Part shown: positions 1 through 10,244 of the stretch, in pieces
Layout of the letters: the number at the start of each line of letters is the position of its first letter
How positions within the stretch are numbered: the first letter of the stretch is position 1
Source of the DNA: Mycoplasmoidaceae bacterium
Lineage (GTDB): Bacteria; Bacillota_I; Bacilli_A; Mycoplasmatales; Mycoplasmoidaceae
DNA length: 64,000 bases
Reading direction: 5' to 3'
Assembly (NCBI GenBank): GCA_045641165.1
Contig: JAZUGL010000009.1
Location: 12,845-76,844, forward strand
Program-made: the position numbers and the translations under genes
Notes under the pieces: generated by a model
Told to the model about the DNA's origin: nothing
The model's input: only the letters and a program-made list of their open reading frames with translations
Databases searched by the model: none

Positions 1-1644
1 TTGCACAGTATATTTAGCTTTTGCCATAGTTCTTAGCATTACAATGCTAACTAAGTCCATGTTTGGGTTATCTTTGTTATTGTCCATCCATCTAGCAAAT
101 TCCTTTGGTGTAGGTTCAAGTTCACCTGATGGTAATTTAAAGTTTAACTTTTTAGCTTCGACTTTAAACGTTTCAAGCCTTTCAGCTTTTGGTTTATCGT
201 GTGTACGATAAACAAATGGTCAATCTCTCTTTTCAGCATAAATTGTTACAGCTTCATTGGCAGCCACCATAAAATCTTCAATCATTTTTTGCGCTTCACC
301 AGATTCTCTTAATTTAATTTCAATTGGCTCACATTTATCGTTTACGATAATTTTTGGCTCTGGAACTTCTAATTCAATGTAGCCTCTGTCATGTTTCATT
401 TTGGTTAAAATTTTGTGCAACTTAAATGAATCATTTAACATTGTTTTTATTTCATTAGAATCTTTTTCCAAATTATCTTTTTTAGAAAAGAAATCATTAA
501 CTTCGTCGTAACTAAATCTTCTATGACTTTTGATAATTGAAGGATATACTTGTATATCCTTAAAGTTACCTTTGTCATCAATAATCATCTCGCATGTTAA
601 AGCTAATCTTTCAAGGTTTGGATTAAGTGAACATATGTCATCAGATAAGACATGAGGTAACATTGGTATAACTCTATCAACCAAATAAATTGAGCATCCT
701 CTTTTAAGTGCTTCTTTGTCTAATGGACTATCTTTAGTCACATAGTGACTAACATCTGCTATTGATACATAAAGTTTAAACTCATGTTCATTAATTTGTT
801 TTGTATAGATAGCATCGTCAAAGTCTTTTGATTCTTTTGGGTCAATAGTAACTATCTCTAACTTTGTTAGATCTTTTCTTAAGCTTTTTTGTTTATCGTC
901 AATCTTAACAGACAAGCTATTTGCTTGGTCCAAAACTTCTTGTGGGTATTCTGGTTCAGAACCAAAATCATAAACTATAGATAGAATATCAGTCCCCACA
1001 TCAGAGATGTGGCCGATAATTTTAGCTATTGAACATATTGCTTCCTTGTTGGTAAATTTATCAACTTTAAATAAAAATTTGGTTCCGTTGGTTAATCCAG
1101 TCGTGTTTGCAAGCTTTACTGGCAAATACATTTTTTTATTATCGCATTCTACTTGATAGTTAAAACCATCTGTTTTAAATAAACCAACATAATATCCTTT
1201 TTTGTGTTCTAGAACTTTAATAACTTTTGCATCTTTTAAAGTTTTAGTAGGATCTTCTGGTATTTTTAATAAAGCAAATTCAACCTTATCACCATCTAGT
1301 GCTCCACCTAAATTTGTTTTATGTACATAAAATTTGCTTTCTTCTTCACCTTCTAAAGTAATAAAACCAGCAAAAGTTGAGTTAATTGATATGTTCCCAA
1401 CATAAATGTTGCTCATGTCAGCTTCAGCTTTTGGATAACCTAAAACTAATTTGCCACTTCTTAAAACTCTAACTTGGCTTGTAGATTTTAAAAATTGAAT
1501 ATTTGCAAAGAAAACTTTTTTATTTACTTGTTCTACTTCTTTAGACAGTTTTTTTAAAATAATACCAACTGGTATTGGTCTTTTATTTTCTTTGGAAATA
1601 ATTTCTAAAATTTGTCTAGAGTAATCTATCTTTTTGCTTTGCAT
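1..1644 (-). CDS. rnr: Ribonuclease R (RNB-family 3'-5' exoribonuclease). The C-terminal end runs off the window.
   Basis: ORF 220..1644 has an RNB-domain signature (VTIDPKESKDFDDAIY, CSIYLVDRVIPMLP). The apparent stop at 220..222 is TGA, and the frame stays open to position 1 when TGA is read as Trp. Confidence 0.85.
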
Positions 1645-1646
1645 AA

Positions 1647-1880
1647 CTACTTAGGAATGCATAACAATGCAATACCTAGTGCAATTAACACAAGCATTAA
1701 TAAAAACATAATAATTTGTAAAATTTTTACAAATCCTCTGTCTTTTGTCTTTTTGAATAGTTCAAGGTCTTGGCCTGCTTGAGCATTTAATCCTGCTCCA
1801 GTACCACTACCAGATAATAATAGCCCTACTATTAAAGCTATTCCACCAAACACAAACATTACAATTGCAATAGGAGTCAT
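1647..1880 (-). CDS. secG: Preprotein translocase subunit SecG-like small membrane protein
   Basis: 77 aa with two hydrophobic helices flanking a Gly-rich loop (SGSGTGAGLNAQAGQ). It sits immediately upstream of rnr, a common secG-rnr arrangement. Confidence 0.6.
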   Translation of the reverse strand: MTPIAIVMFVFGGIALIVGLLLSGSGTGAGLNAQAGQDLELFKKTKDRGFVKILQIIMFLLMLVLIALGIALLCIPK

Positions 1881-1903
1881 TATTATTTCTGTTCCTTATT
1901 TTC

Positions 1904-2608
1904 TTACTTATTATACTTGCTCTTAGCAAAATAAGTCCCGTTATTGTCTGATATATATTGCTTTAGGTGCTTTATCAAAATAGGAAATTGTTCTTTATAT
2001 TCATCCATCTTTTCATATTCATCTTTAAAAAGATGATAGATAAGTTTGCAAAAACGCAAATCATATTCTACACCACCATATTTTTCAAAACATTGGCCAC
2101 ATAATAAACCGTGTTTTTCAAAAGAAAAGGTTTTAATGTGGTGGTTATGACATACTACACAATCAGTTACATGTAAATCTATTCCTGTTAGCTTACAATA
2201 ATTTCTTAAAATTATTAGTTCAGCTTTAGCATCATTGATAGTGTCATCTAATGCATATGCTCTCATCTTTTTATAAAATTCATAATTCTTTTTGTTTGGA
2301 TAAATTAGCTGGTTGGTTAATGAGTTGAGAGCAATTAGACTTTGTCTAAAGTTTGGTCATTCAACCTTATCAATAGCATTAATCTTCATTAATTTAGAAA
2401 CTTTGTCTTCACCACGAGCAAGGAAAAATTGAAATTCACAAAAATTTCCTAAATCCATATTTCTGGCATTGTGGCTTTCAATCTTTTTTGTTCCTTTTGC
2501 TAAGCAAACAAATTTATTTCCATATTCATTTATAAAAGTAATGATTTCATCAAATGTTTGAAAGTCATTCTTGGCTATTAAATATCCTTTTGTTATTGTC
2601 TCACTCAT
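1904..2608 (-). CDS. recO: DNA repair protein RecO
   Basis: ORFs 2357..2608 and 1904..2266 share a frame and are joined by one TGA with no other stops. There is an N-terminal OB-fold-like region and a C-terminal Cys cluster (CVVCHN...CGQC). Confidence 0.7.
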
Positions 2609-2609
2609 T

Positions 2610-3488
2610 TTATTTTTTAAAATAACCTAACGATTCTAAAACGGTTTCATCGTTTCTTCAATCTTGTTTAACTTTAACAAATAGTTTTAAAACTATTTTG
2701 CAATCAAATATCTTTAATAATTCTAGTCTTGCTTTGGTTCCAATAAGTTTAATCATTTTACCACCAGAACCAATTACGATTGGTTTTTGGCTTTCTTTTT
2801 CAACAATTATGCTTGCGTCAATAAAAAATGTGTTTTTCTCTTTATCTCATTTTTTGTTACCAACCGTTACTGCAATAGCATGAGGCACTTCTTGTTTAAG
2901 GTTATATAGAGCTTGTTCTCTTATGATTTCTTTAATCATAAATTCATCATTTTCATTAATATCTAAGTCAATTGTATTGCCGCTAGGTGTTAAATCATAT
3001 ATGTATGAAACAACATTATTAATGTCTTGTTTGCTATTGTTGCTTATAAACATATGTTTAGTTTTTTCTAAACCATACATTTCTAGTTTTCTAACTAAGT
3101 TAACATCGCCAGCTAAATCTTTTTTAGTAAATAACACTAGTAAATCTTTTATCTTGTAGGAATTGATTACATCAATTAGAATCTTATTCTCTTCAATTTG
3201 ATCTTTACAAGCATCTATTAATAGAAGAACAATATCAGATTGCTTAAAAGTTTGTTTCACTTGAGAGTTTAGAAAACTATCAAGTTTATTCTTTGGTTTG
3301 TGAAAACCGGGTGTATCACAAAACAAAATTTTAATTCGTTTGTCTTGATAAATGGCTTTAATTTGGTTTCTTGTTGTTTGTGGTTTATAGCTAGTTATAG
3401 CTACTTTTTTATTTAAAACATTATTTAGGAATGTGGATTTACCAGCGTTTGGCAAACCAACTATGCAAACTGTACATTGTTTAGTCAT
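2610..3488 (-). CDS. era: GTPase Era
   Basis: G1 motif GLPNAGKST, DTPG and TKKD motifs. The C-terminal KH region is reached by reading through TGA at 2847 and one further TGA. The ATG at 3488 is preferred over the upstream TTG at 3497. Confidence 0.9.
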
Positions 3489-3489
3489 A

Positions 3490-3897
3490 TTAGACAATAA
3501 CTTGAAGAACTCTTAAAAGAGCCATTATTAAAATTGTTAAGCTAGAGATGATTGCCATAACACTTAAAACTAGTGCGGCTCCAGCAGATATGTCTTTTAT
3601 CTTTTTAGCATTGTAGCTAAACTTGAACGAAACCATGTCTACTAGATTTTCAATAGCAGTATTTAAAAGTTCAACACCGATTAGTAGCAGCATAGAGATT
3701 ATTAAAATAATCCAGTCGTAATAATACATTCCTTCATGTAAAATTCCACCAACAACCAAAACAACAGCGGTACATATAAAATGTACTACTAATGATAGTT
3801 CTTCTCTTAAAGCAGAACCAATGCCTCTAAAGGCATAAGCAAACTTCCTAAAGAATGCTCCTTTTTGTTTTCGTTTTGTTACACTTGGTGTTGACAT
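3490..3897 (-). CDS. dgkA: Diacylglycerol/undecaprenol kinase family membrane protein (DgkA-like)
   Basis: 135 aa, three TM helices, and a conserved ELLNTAIENLVD motif typical of the DgkA family. Confidence 0.75.
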   Translation of the reverse strand: MSTPSVTKRKQKGAFFRKFAYAFRGIGSALREELSLVVHFICTAVVLVVGGILHEGMYYYDWIILIISMLLLIGVELLNTAIENLVDMVSFKFSYNAKKIKDISAGAALVLSVMAIISSLTILIMALLRVLQVIV

Positions 3898-3899
3898 AT

Positions 3900-4352
3900 T
3901 TATTTAATTATATATTTACTAGTTATTTGTGCTTTGTTAATTATTCTATTAGTTAAAGCATTTAATGCTTTAGTTTGTTTTTTTGTTTTATGATCGTAGC
4001 CTAATAAATGTAATAGCCCGTGTGTGAATAAGAATATTAATTCACGTTGTAAGCTGTGTTCATATAGTTTAGCTTGTTGTTTTGCTTTTTCTATACATAT
4101 GTATATTTCTCCAAGAAGAGAAATATGAACATTACCATTATCTCTATTAGCAAAGCTAAGAACATCTGTTGGTTTATTTATGTTTCTATATTTTTTATTG
4201 AGCGCGCGTATCTTGTTTAAGTGCACGATGTTGACATCAAATTCAAGATTGCTAGATAGTTTTAGTTGTTTGTTTGTCGAAACACAAATGGCATTAAATG
4301 CCTTTTTTATGCCTTGCAAACGCAAATTACCATATAACCTATATCTAATCAT
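3900..4352 (-). CDS. ybeY: rRNA maturation endoribonuclease YbeY
   Basis: Metal-binding motif HGLLHLLGYDH near the C-terminus. Conserved ybeY-dgkA-era neighbourhood. Confidence 0.9.
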   Translation of the reverse strand: MIRYRLYGNLRLQGIKKAFNAICVSTNKQLKLSSNLEFDVNIVHLNKIRALNKKYRNINKPTDVLSFANRDNGNVHISLLGEIYICIEKAKQQAKLYEHSLQRELIFLFTHGLLHLLGYDHKTKKQTKALNALTNRIINKAQITSKYIIK

Positions 4353-5200
4353 TACTTAACCTTTTTGTTGGCAACCACGGCGTTGTAAATTAAAGATGCT
4401 TGAACACCACTTGTGATAGAAACTTCTTTGCAAGCTTTTTTTAAATTTAAACCATTTTTAACCATTTGGTTAACTTCTTTAATAAGATCTTTTAGATTGT
4501 AATCGTGTTTTTTTACTTGTTGTTTGTTAACAACAATAACAAACTCTCCTCTTTCATCAATCTCATTTATGATTTCATCATATCTGCCACGATAAATTGT
4601 TTCGTTAAGTTTTGTTAACTCACGACAAACTACTATATATGGATCATTAAAAATATCTTTAATATCTTTTAGTGATTCTTTTATACGATAAACAGATTCA
4701 AAGAAAATAATGGGCACGTTAATATTTATTAGTTGTTTAAGTCTTTCTTTTCTTTGACTACCACTATGTGGTAAAAAGCCATTAAAGTAAAAGTTGTTTA
4801 AATTTAAACCAGACGCAACAGCTGAGTGAATAATAGAACTTGGTCCGTTTAACACTTCAACAGCAATACCTTGTTCATAGCACTTATTAACAAGTGCATA
4901 TCCTGGGTCTGAAACGCATGGATAACCAGCGTCAGAAACTAAAATAGTTTTTTTGTTTTTAATTTTATTAAGTGCTAAGTCAACTTTTTGTTTTTCATTA
5001 AATTTTTGGTAACTAATTAATTCTTTGTTATGAATGTCTAACTTAGCAAGTAACTTACTAGTTACTCTTGTGTCTTCACATAAAATGCACTCGCATTCCT
5101 TTAGAGCTTTTATTGCTCTAAAAGTTAATTCCTCCAGGTTTCCTATCGGTGTAGCCAAAATTTGTAATTTCAGTTTTGCTTGAGCGACTTTAACTAGCAT
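4352..5200 (-). CDS. rsmI: 16S rRNA (cytidine1402-2'-O)-methyltransferase RsmI
   Basis: N-terminal LATPIGNLEELTFRA and SDAGYPCVSDPG motifs of the tetrapyrrole-methylase-fold RsmI family. Confidence 0.85.
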   Translation of the reverse strand: MLVKVAQAKLKLQILATPIGNLEELTFRAIKALKECECILCEDTRVTSKLLAKLDIHNKELISYQKFNEKQKVDLALNKIKNKKTILVSDAGYPCVSDPGYALVNKCYEQGIAVEVLNGPSSIIHSAVASGLNLNNFYFNGFLPHSGSQRKERLKQLININVPIIFFESVYRIKESLKDIKDIFNDPYIVVCRELTKLNETIYRGRYDEIINEIDERGEFVIVVNKQQVKKHDYNLKDLIKEVNQMVKNGLNLKKACKEVSITSGVQASLIYNAVVANKKVK

Positions 5201-5261
5201 AACATTTAATATTATTTTATAATATTAACACTATAAATTATTAAATATTGGAGCCTTATAT

Positions 5262-5567
5262 ATGAACTTTCAAGCAATGGCTGCTCAAGCTCAAAAACTT
5301 CAAAAAGAGATTCAAAAAAAGCAAGAGGAATTCTATAAAAAAGAATTCGAGGTTGATTATAAGAACGGCTCTATAGTTATTACTATACTAGGTGATGGAA
5401 CAATTAAAGGAATGAAAATTAATCCTACTTTAATTGATCCAAAGGATCCTATTATGCTTGAGGAAATGGTTTCTGAAGCTGTAAATAATGCTACTACTTT
5501 AGTAAAAGAACAATTAGATGAAATAACTAACTCTATGATGCCTTCAGGCATGGGTGGTTTGTTTTAA
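5262..5567 (+). CDS. ybaB: Nucleoid-associated protein YbaB/EbfC
   Basis: 101 aa with the conserved pattern AQKLQKE...GGLF, directly upstream of recR as in most bacteria. Confidence 0.85.
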   Translation: MNFQAMAAQAQKLQKEIQKKQEEFYKKEFEVDYKNGSIVITILGDGTIKGMKINPTLIDPKDPIMLEEMVSEAVNNATTLVKEQLDEITNSMMPSGMGGLF

Positions 5568-6166
5568 TGAAACCAAGAGAATTTGAATATCTTGTTGATG
5601 CAATCAAATCTCTTCCGTCTATAGGTGCTAAGGCGGCAGAACGGATAGCTTTTTATTTAATAAAACAAGATGATAAATACATCCATGAGTTTGTCGATAG
5701 AATAACTAAGGCTAAGGCTAATATCCACTATTGCAAACAATGCGGTAACTTTGCTGTCGATGAACTTTGTCCTATATGTGCTAATAATGCTAGAGACAAT
5801 GCAAAACTTTGCATTGTTAACACCATTGATGAACTGAATAAAATAGAATCTACTGGATGTTTTGATGGTATTTATTTTGTTTTGAACGACGAAATTAACA
5901 TCAAGACAAAAACCAACCTAGATTCTGGAATCATTAATAAATTAATGAACTATTGTTTAAAAAAGAACTTCAAAGAAGTTATTATTGCAACCAACTTTAC
6001 AATTAATGGTGAAGCAACAAATATTTATTTAAATAAATTAATCAAGTCTGTTCTTCCTAGTTGTATTACATACAAGCTTGCTATAGGTTTGCCGGTTAAT
6101 TCTGCTCTTGACTATGCAGATGAATACACTTTAAAGTATGCTTTAAAGAACAAGACTAGAATTTAA
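5567..6166 (+). CDS. recR: Recombination protein RecR
   Basis: N-terminal helix-hairpin-helix (LPSIGAKAAERIAFYL), a C4 zinc finger (CKQCGN...CPIC) and a Toprim region. Confidence 0.9.
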   Translation: MKPREFEYLVDAIKSLPSIGAKAAERIAFYLIKQDDKYIHEFVDRITKAKANIHYCKQCGNFAVDELCPICANNARDNAKLCIVNTIDELNKIESTGCFDGIYFVLNDEINIKTKTNLDSGIINKLMNYCLKKNFKEVIIATNFTINGEATNIYLNKLIKSVLPSCITYKLAIGLPVNSALDYADEYTLKYALKNKTRI

Positions 6167-6167
6167 A

Positions 6168-6245
6168 AAGCACCACACACACGCTTTAACTTAGTGCTGC
6201 TCTATTTCTAGCCTGACACGATTTGTACCACGTGTTGTGATGCTT
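6168..6245 (-). terminator. Long imperfect hairpin in the convergent recR/dnaG gap. Probable dnaG terminator.
   Basis: aagcaccacacacacg (6168..6183) pairs with cgtgttgtgatgctt (6231..6245), about 14 bp with one mismatch and one bulge. On the minus strand the hairpin is followed by TTTTT. Confidence 0.35.
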
Positions 6246-6257
6246 AAATATTATATA

Positions 6258-8171
6258 TTATTTGGAAAACCTATGAGCTTTGCTACTAGCAAACTCTCTA
6301 ATGTCTTGTCTAATTTTATTTAAGCTTATTTCTAATTTCTTTTTTTCTGCATCTGATAATTTAGAATTATTAAGTTGTTTTAATATTCTGTTCTTTTCAA
6401 TGACATTACAATAGTAATCGATGTGTTGTATTTGAATCTTAACACTAGACTTGCTTATCTTTAAAGGTAAATTACTTGATAATCTTACCTTTTGCTCGTC
6501 AACTAATTTTATTAGTGCTTTGGAACCTGCATCAGAAATCTTTTTGTTTTGAAACAATTGCACAATTGTTTTTTCTACAATGTCTAGATGTTGTTTTTCA
6601 TCAAGACTTTCTAAAGAAAGTGTTTTTATTAAATATAAATAATCATTAATGATTGGGTGATTACTTTCTTTGTGAACTAAGTTATCATAAACTGTTTCAG
6701 CTAAAGATGGTTGATAAACAACTGATTTCATCAAGTTGTTGAACGCATCAATTAAATTTTTGTAAATTGGATCTTTAATACTTGGCTTAGGAGTTTTGGT
6801 TTTGTTTCAGTCATAGTTTCTATTAGCTACAAACCTATTAGAACTTATTCTTCTATAAGAAGAGTTTATGTCTTCTAAATCTAGGTTTGTAAGTTTAGCG
6901 ATTAGAGTGGAATATTGCTTTCATTGTAATGGATTACCAAACTTGCTTATCAAAGCTAATACTTCTTCAACTAATGAATTGATGTTTGTGGTGTTAATGT
7001 TTACTAATCTTTTACTAATATAGTAAGAAATGAAATTTTGTTTGTTTGGGTCAAGCAATAAGTCCAAAACTTTTTGTTTAGATTCTTTTACCATAATTTC
7101 ATTAACATCTTTATATTTGGTGTTGTTATTAACTACAACCACATTCAAACCCGTTTTCAAAAATTGCAAACCATTAGTAATGGTGCTTTTAGCACCAGCT
7201 TCATCATTATCAAATCATAAAACTATATTTTTAATAAATCCAGAATTGGAAATCATCTTAATGTGGTTTTGTGTTAGAGCTGTTCCCATTAAAGCAACTG
7301 CACCAAACTTTGTTTCATCCATACCTGATTCGTATAAAGAAATTAGATCAATGTTTCCCTCTAACACTATTAGTGTTTCTGGTTTGTCCATAAACACTCT
7401 ATCCATGTTATATAAAGTGTTTGATTTGCTAAACAAACTTGTTTCTCTTGAACTTAAATACTTAAGTTCAGAATTTAAATTCATGTCTCTAGCAATAAAG
7501 CCGGTGATAAAACCGTTTTTGTCTTTAATTGGAAAAGTAATTCTGTTGTAAAAATAATCAGTTACTTCAAAAGTCTTTTCATTAATGTTTATTAATGAAG
7601 TCTTTAATAAATCATCTTCATTTCATTGAGCGTTAGGGTTTACATTTTTATTAGCAAGCAAATCATAACAAATTTGTTTTTCATTGTTTTTGCCGCAAAA
7701 ACCTATTTCAAATTTTTTAATAATTTCTGGTGATAGCCTCCTATCAAGAAGATATTGTAAATACTTCTTGTTGTCGTCATCAAATAATAATTGTTTGAAT
7801 AATTCATTAGCTTCTGAGTTAAGAGTAAATAATCTTCAGTTTGTTTGAGAATAGTTTTTATTTTGTCTGTTAAAGTATTCATTAACAGCATCTTGACTAA
7901 AACCAGCTAACTTAGCGGCTTCTTTTATGGCTTCGCCATAAGATATCTTTTTATAACGTTGCAAAAAGGTAATAACGTTTCCACTAGCGCCGCATGAGAA
8001 ACATTTAAAAATCTTTTTCTTGGGTGAAACAGACATTGAAGGGTTTGAGTCAGGATGAAAAGGACATAAACCAAAATAGTTGGCACCAGATTTATGTAAA
8101 GATACAAACTTGCCAATGATATCTACGATATCTGCCCTATTAATAATTTCTTCAACTAAGTTCATTGCCAT
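6258..8171 (-). CDS. dnaG: DNA primase DnaG
   Basis: Zinc-ribbon N-terminus (CPFHPDSNPSMSVSPKKKIFKCFSCGASGN) and a Toprim core (LIVLEGNIDLISL, WFDNDEAG). Fragments 7836..8171, 7215..7484, 6921..7169 and 6258..6734 are all in one frame, interrupted only by TGA. Confidence 0.9.
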
Positions 8172-8185
8172 AGGTCTTCATTTAG

Positions 8186-9559
8186 TTATCTACATAAAAA
8201 TTTGAAAATGTCAGAAATTTTTATTCTTTCTTGTTTCATTGTGTCTCTATTTCTAATAGTTACACAATTATCTTTTAGACTGTCAAAGTCATATGTAATA
8301 CAGTAATAAGTACCGATTGCATCTTGTCTTCTGTATCTTTTACCTATAGAACCAGTTGTATCATATACAGCAGGTATGTGATGTGCAATTAAACTATCAA
8401 AAACTTTTTTAGCTTCATTGTTTAGTTTAGGACTTAATGGTAATACAGCAGCCTTGTATGGACAAAGATTGTAATCTAATGTTAATACTTCTCTAGTTTC
8501 ACCATCTTTAAGATTTTCAATCTTATAGTTGTCACAAATAATAGCATAGAAAAGTCTTTCTACACCAACTGATGGTTCTATAACAAATGGAATAAACCTT
8601 TTGTTTGTTTCAGGATCAAGATATGCTAGTGTTGAACCAGAAATATTTTCATGATTTTTCAAATCAAAGTCTGTTCTATTAGCTAAACCTCATAATTCTG
8701 CTCAACCGTGTGGGAAGTTATATTGAAAGTCAACTGTTCTAGCAGAATAGTGACTTAATTCATCTTTGTCGTGTTCTCTTAATTTAATGTTTCCACTTTT
8801 AAGTTTCAAAACATTGGTTAAGAAATTTCGGATAGACTTAACATATTCTTCAAATTTTTCTGCTGCTTTGTTTGGATAAACAAAGTGTTCTATTTCCATT
8901 TGTTCAAACTCTCTAGTTCTAAAAATAAAGTTTCCTGGTGTAATCTCATTTCTAAAAGCTTTTCCAATTTGGCCAACACCAAAAGGAACTTTTAATCTTA
9001 ATGCTCTTTGAATATTAGCAAAGTTAATAAAAATACCTTGGGCTGTTTCTGGTCTTAAATACAATTGGTTGCTTTTATCTTCGATAACAGATTGAGATGT
9101 TTTAAACATTAAATTAAAACTTCTAATGTTTGTTCAATCAAATTTACCACAATTAGGACATTTAATTTTTTTATCTTTAATTATTTTTAATAGTTCATCT
9201 TGTGATGTATTTTCAGATATCTTAATATCTGGATATTGTGCTTCAATAAGTTTATCGGCTCTAAATCTTTGTTTACATGATTTGCAATCAATTAATGGGT
9301 CAGCAAAATTAGTAAGATGTCCAGAAGCTTTTCAAACAGAAGGATTTAAAAGTATAGATGAATCTAAGCCAACCATTGATGGTTGAGAAGTAATAAAGTA
9401 ATTTCATCATAAAGATTTAATGTTATTTTTTAAGGCAACACCTAGTGGTCCATAGTCTCAAGCGTTAGCTAGACCACCATATATTTCAGAACTAGCAAAA
9501 ACAAAACCATAGTTTTTAAGATAATTTACAATTGTTGTTTGATCAAGTTTATTTGCCAT
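8186..9559 (-). CDS. glyQS: Glycine--tRNA ligase (class II, alpha2 type)
   Basis: N-terminus [40 protein letters not shown] plus class II motifs. Same-frame fragments are joined through TGA codons. Total length is 1374 nt, a multiple of 3. Confidence 0.9.
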
Positions 9560-9603
9560 ATTGTAATAATTATAAAAATAATAATATAAAAGAAAATAAA
9601 AAA

Positions 9604-9618
9604 AGAGACATAGTCTCT
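9604..9618. terminator. Rho-independent terminator hairpin, symmetric A-run/T-run
   Basis: agagac-ata-gtctct flanked by A7 upstream and T7 downstream. It lies just after the stop of the 9641..10189 gene. Confidence 0.6.
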
Positions 9619-9640
9619 TTTTTTATCTCACTACAGTGAA

Positions 9641-10189
9641 TTATCCAATTTGGATTATAGAACTTGTAGCGTCTTCTGCTTCCTTTTCATATCTAGCAGT
9701 TGTTTTTCCAGAATTTGTAAATTCCTTAGTAACATCTCTAGAAGAAGGAGCTGGTCTTGAAACTTTTACACGTGGAGAAATGATTGCGTAGATAGACATT
9801 ACCATAGCTGCAACTAGTGCAAGAGTGATAACTACTCTACCAGCATTTCCACCTACGTTTAGGAAGAATGTAATTATTCCAGCAATGAATAGAACAAATA
9901 CTAAACCAAATAGAATTGATATGAATCTGTTTCTTCTTTCTGGTTGCATTGCACCTAACGTAATTCAAAGAAGGATAGCGCAAGCTAATACACCACTGAA
10001 GAATGTTGTAACAACAGATGCACTTGCATTAAGGCTTCCGTCTTTTTGAACAGCATATCATACAGCGATGATAACTAATACACTTAAACCAATTATTCCA
10101 AGGCTCAATCCAAAGAATACTTTAGCTGGGAACTTGTAATAATGTCTAGGTTTTGCTTCTCCTTTAAGACCTTTTCTTGATTTTTCCAT
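9641..10189 (-). CDS. Hypothetical membrane protein (about 4 TM helices)
   Basis: 182 aa after read-through of two TGA codons. ATG at 10189 is preceded by a GAGG SD. Hydrophobic helices throughout, with no recognisable family motif. Confidence 0.6.
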
Positions 10190-10208
10190 ATTTTACCTCG
10201 TTTGCTCT

Positions 10209-10214
10209 ATTATA
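10209..10214 (-). promoter_or_regulatory. Candidate -10 box (TATAAT) for the 9641..10189 gene
   Basis: The reverse complement of attata is TATAAT, about 20 nt upstream of the ATG. It overlaps a triple ATGTATA/TATACAT repeat at 10213..10237. Confidence 0.35.
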
Positions 10215-10244
10215 TACATTTATGTATAAAATGTATATTTTTTT

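Noticed and set aside
6174-6183. The (CA)4-5 dinucleotide run as a phase-variation microsatellite.
   Set aside because: - It is too short for efficient slippage.
- It lies in a convergent 3' intergenic region, where length changes would not affect a promoter or reading frame.
7703-7891. A 62-aa minus-strand ORF that seemed to bridge dnaG fragments.
   Set aside because: - It is out of frame with the dnaG N-terminal fragment.
- The dnaG frame itself continues through TGA at 7836 and yields conserved primase sequence, so this ORF is spurious.
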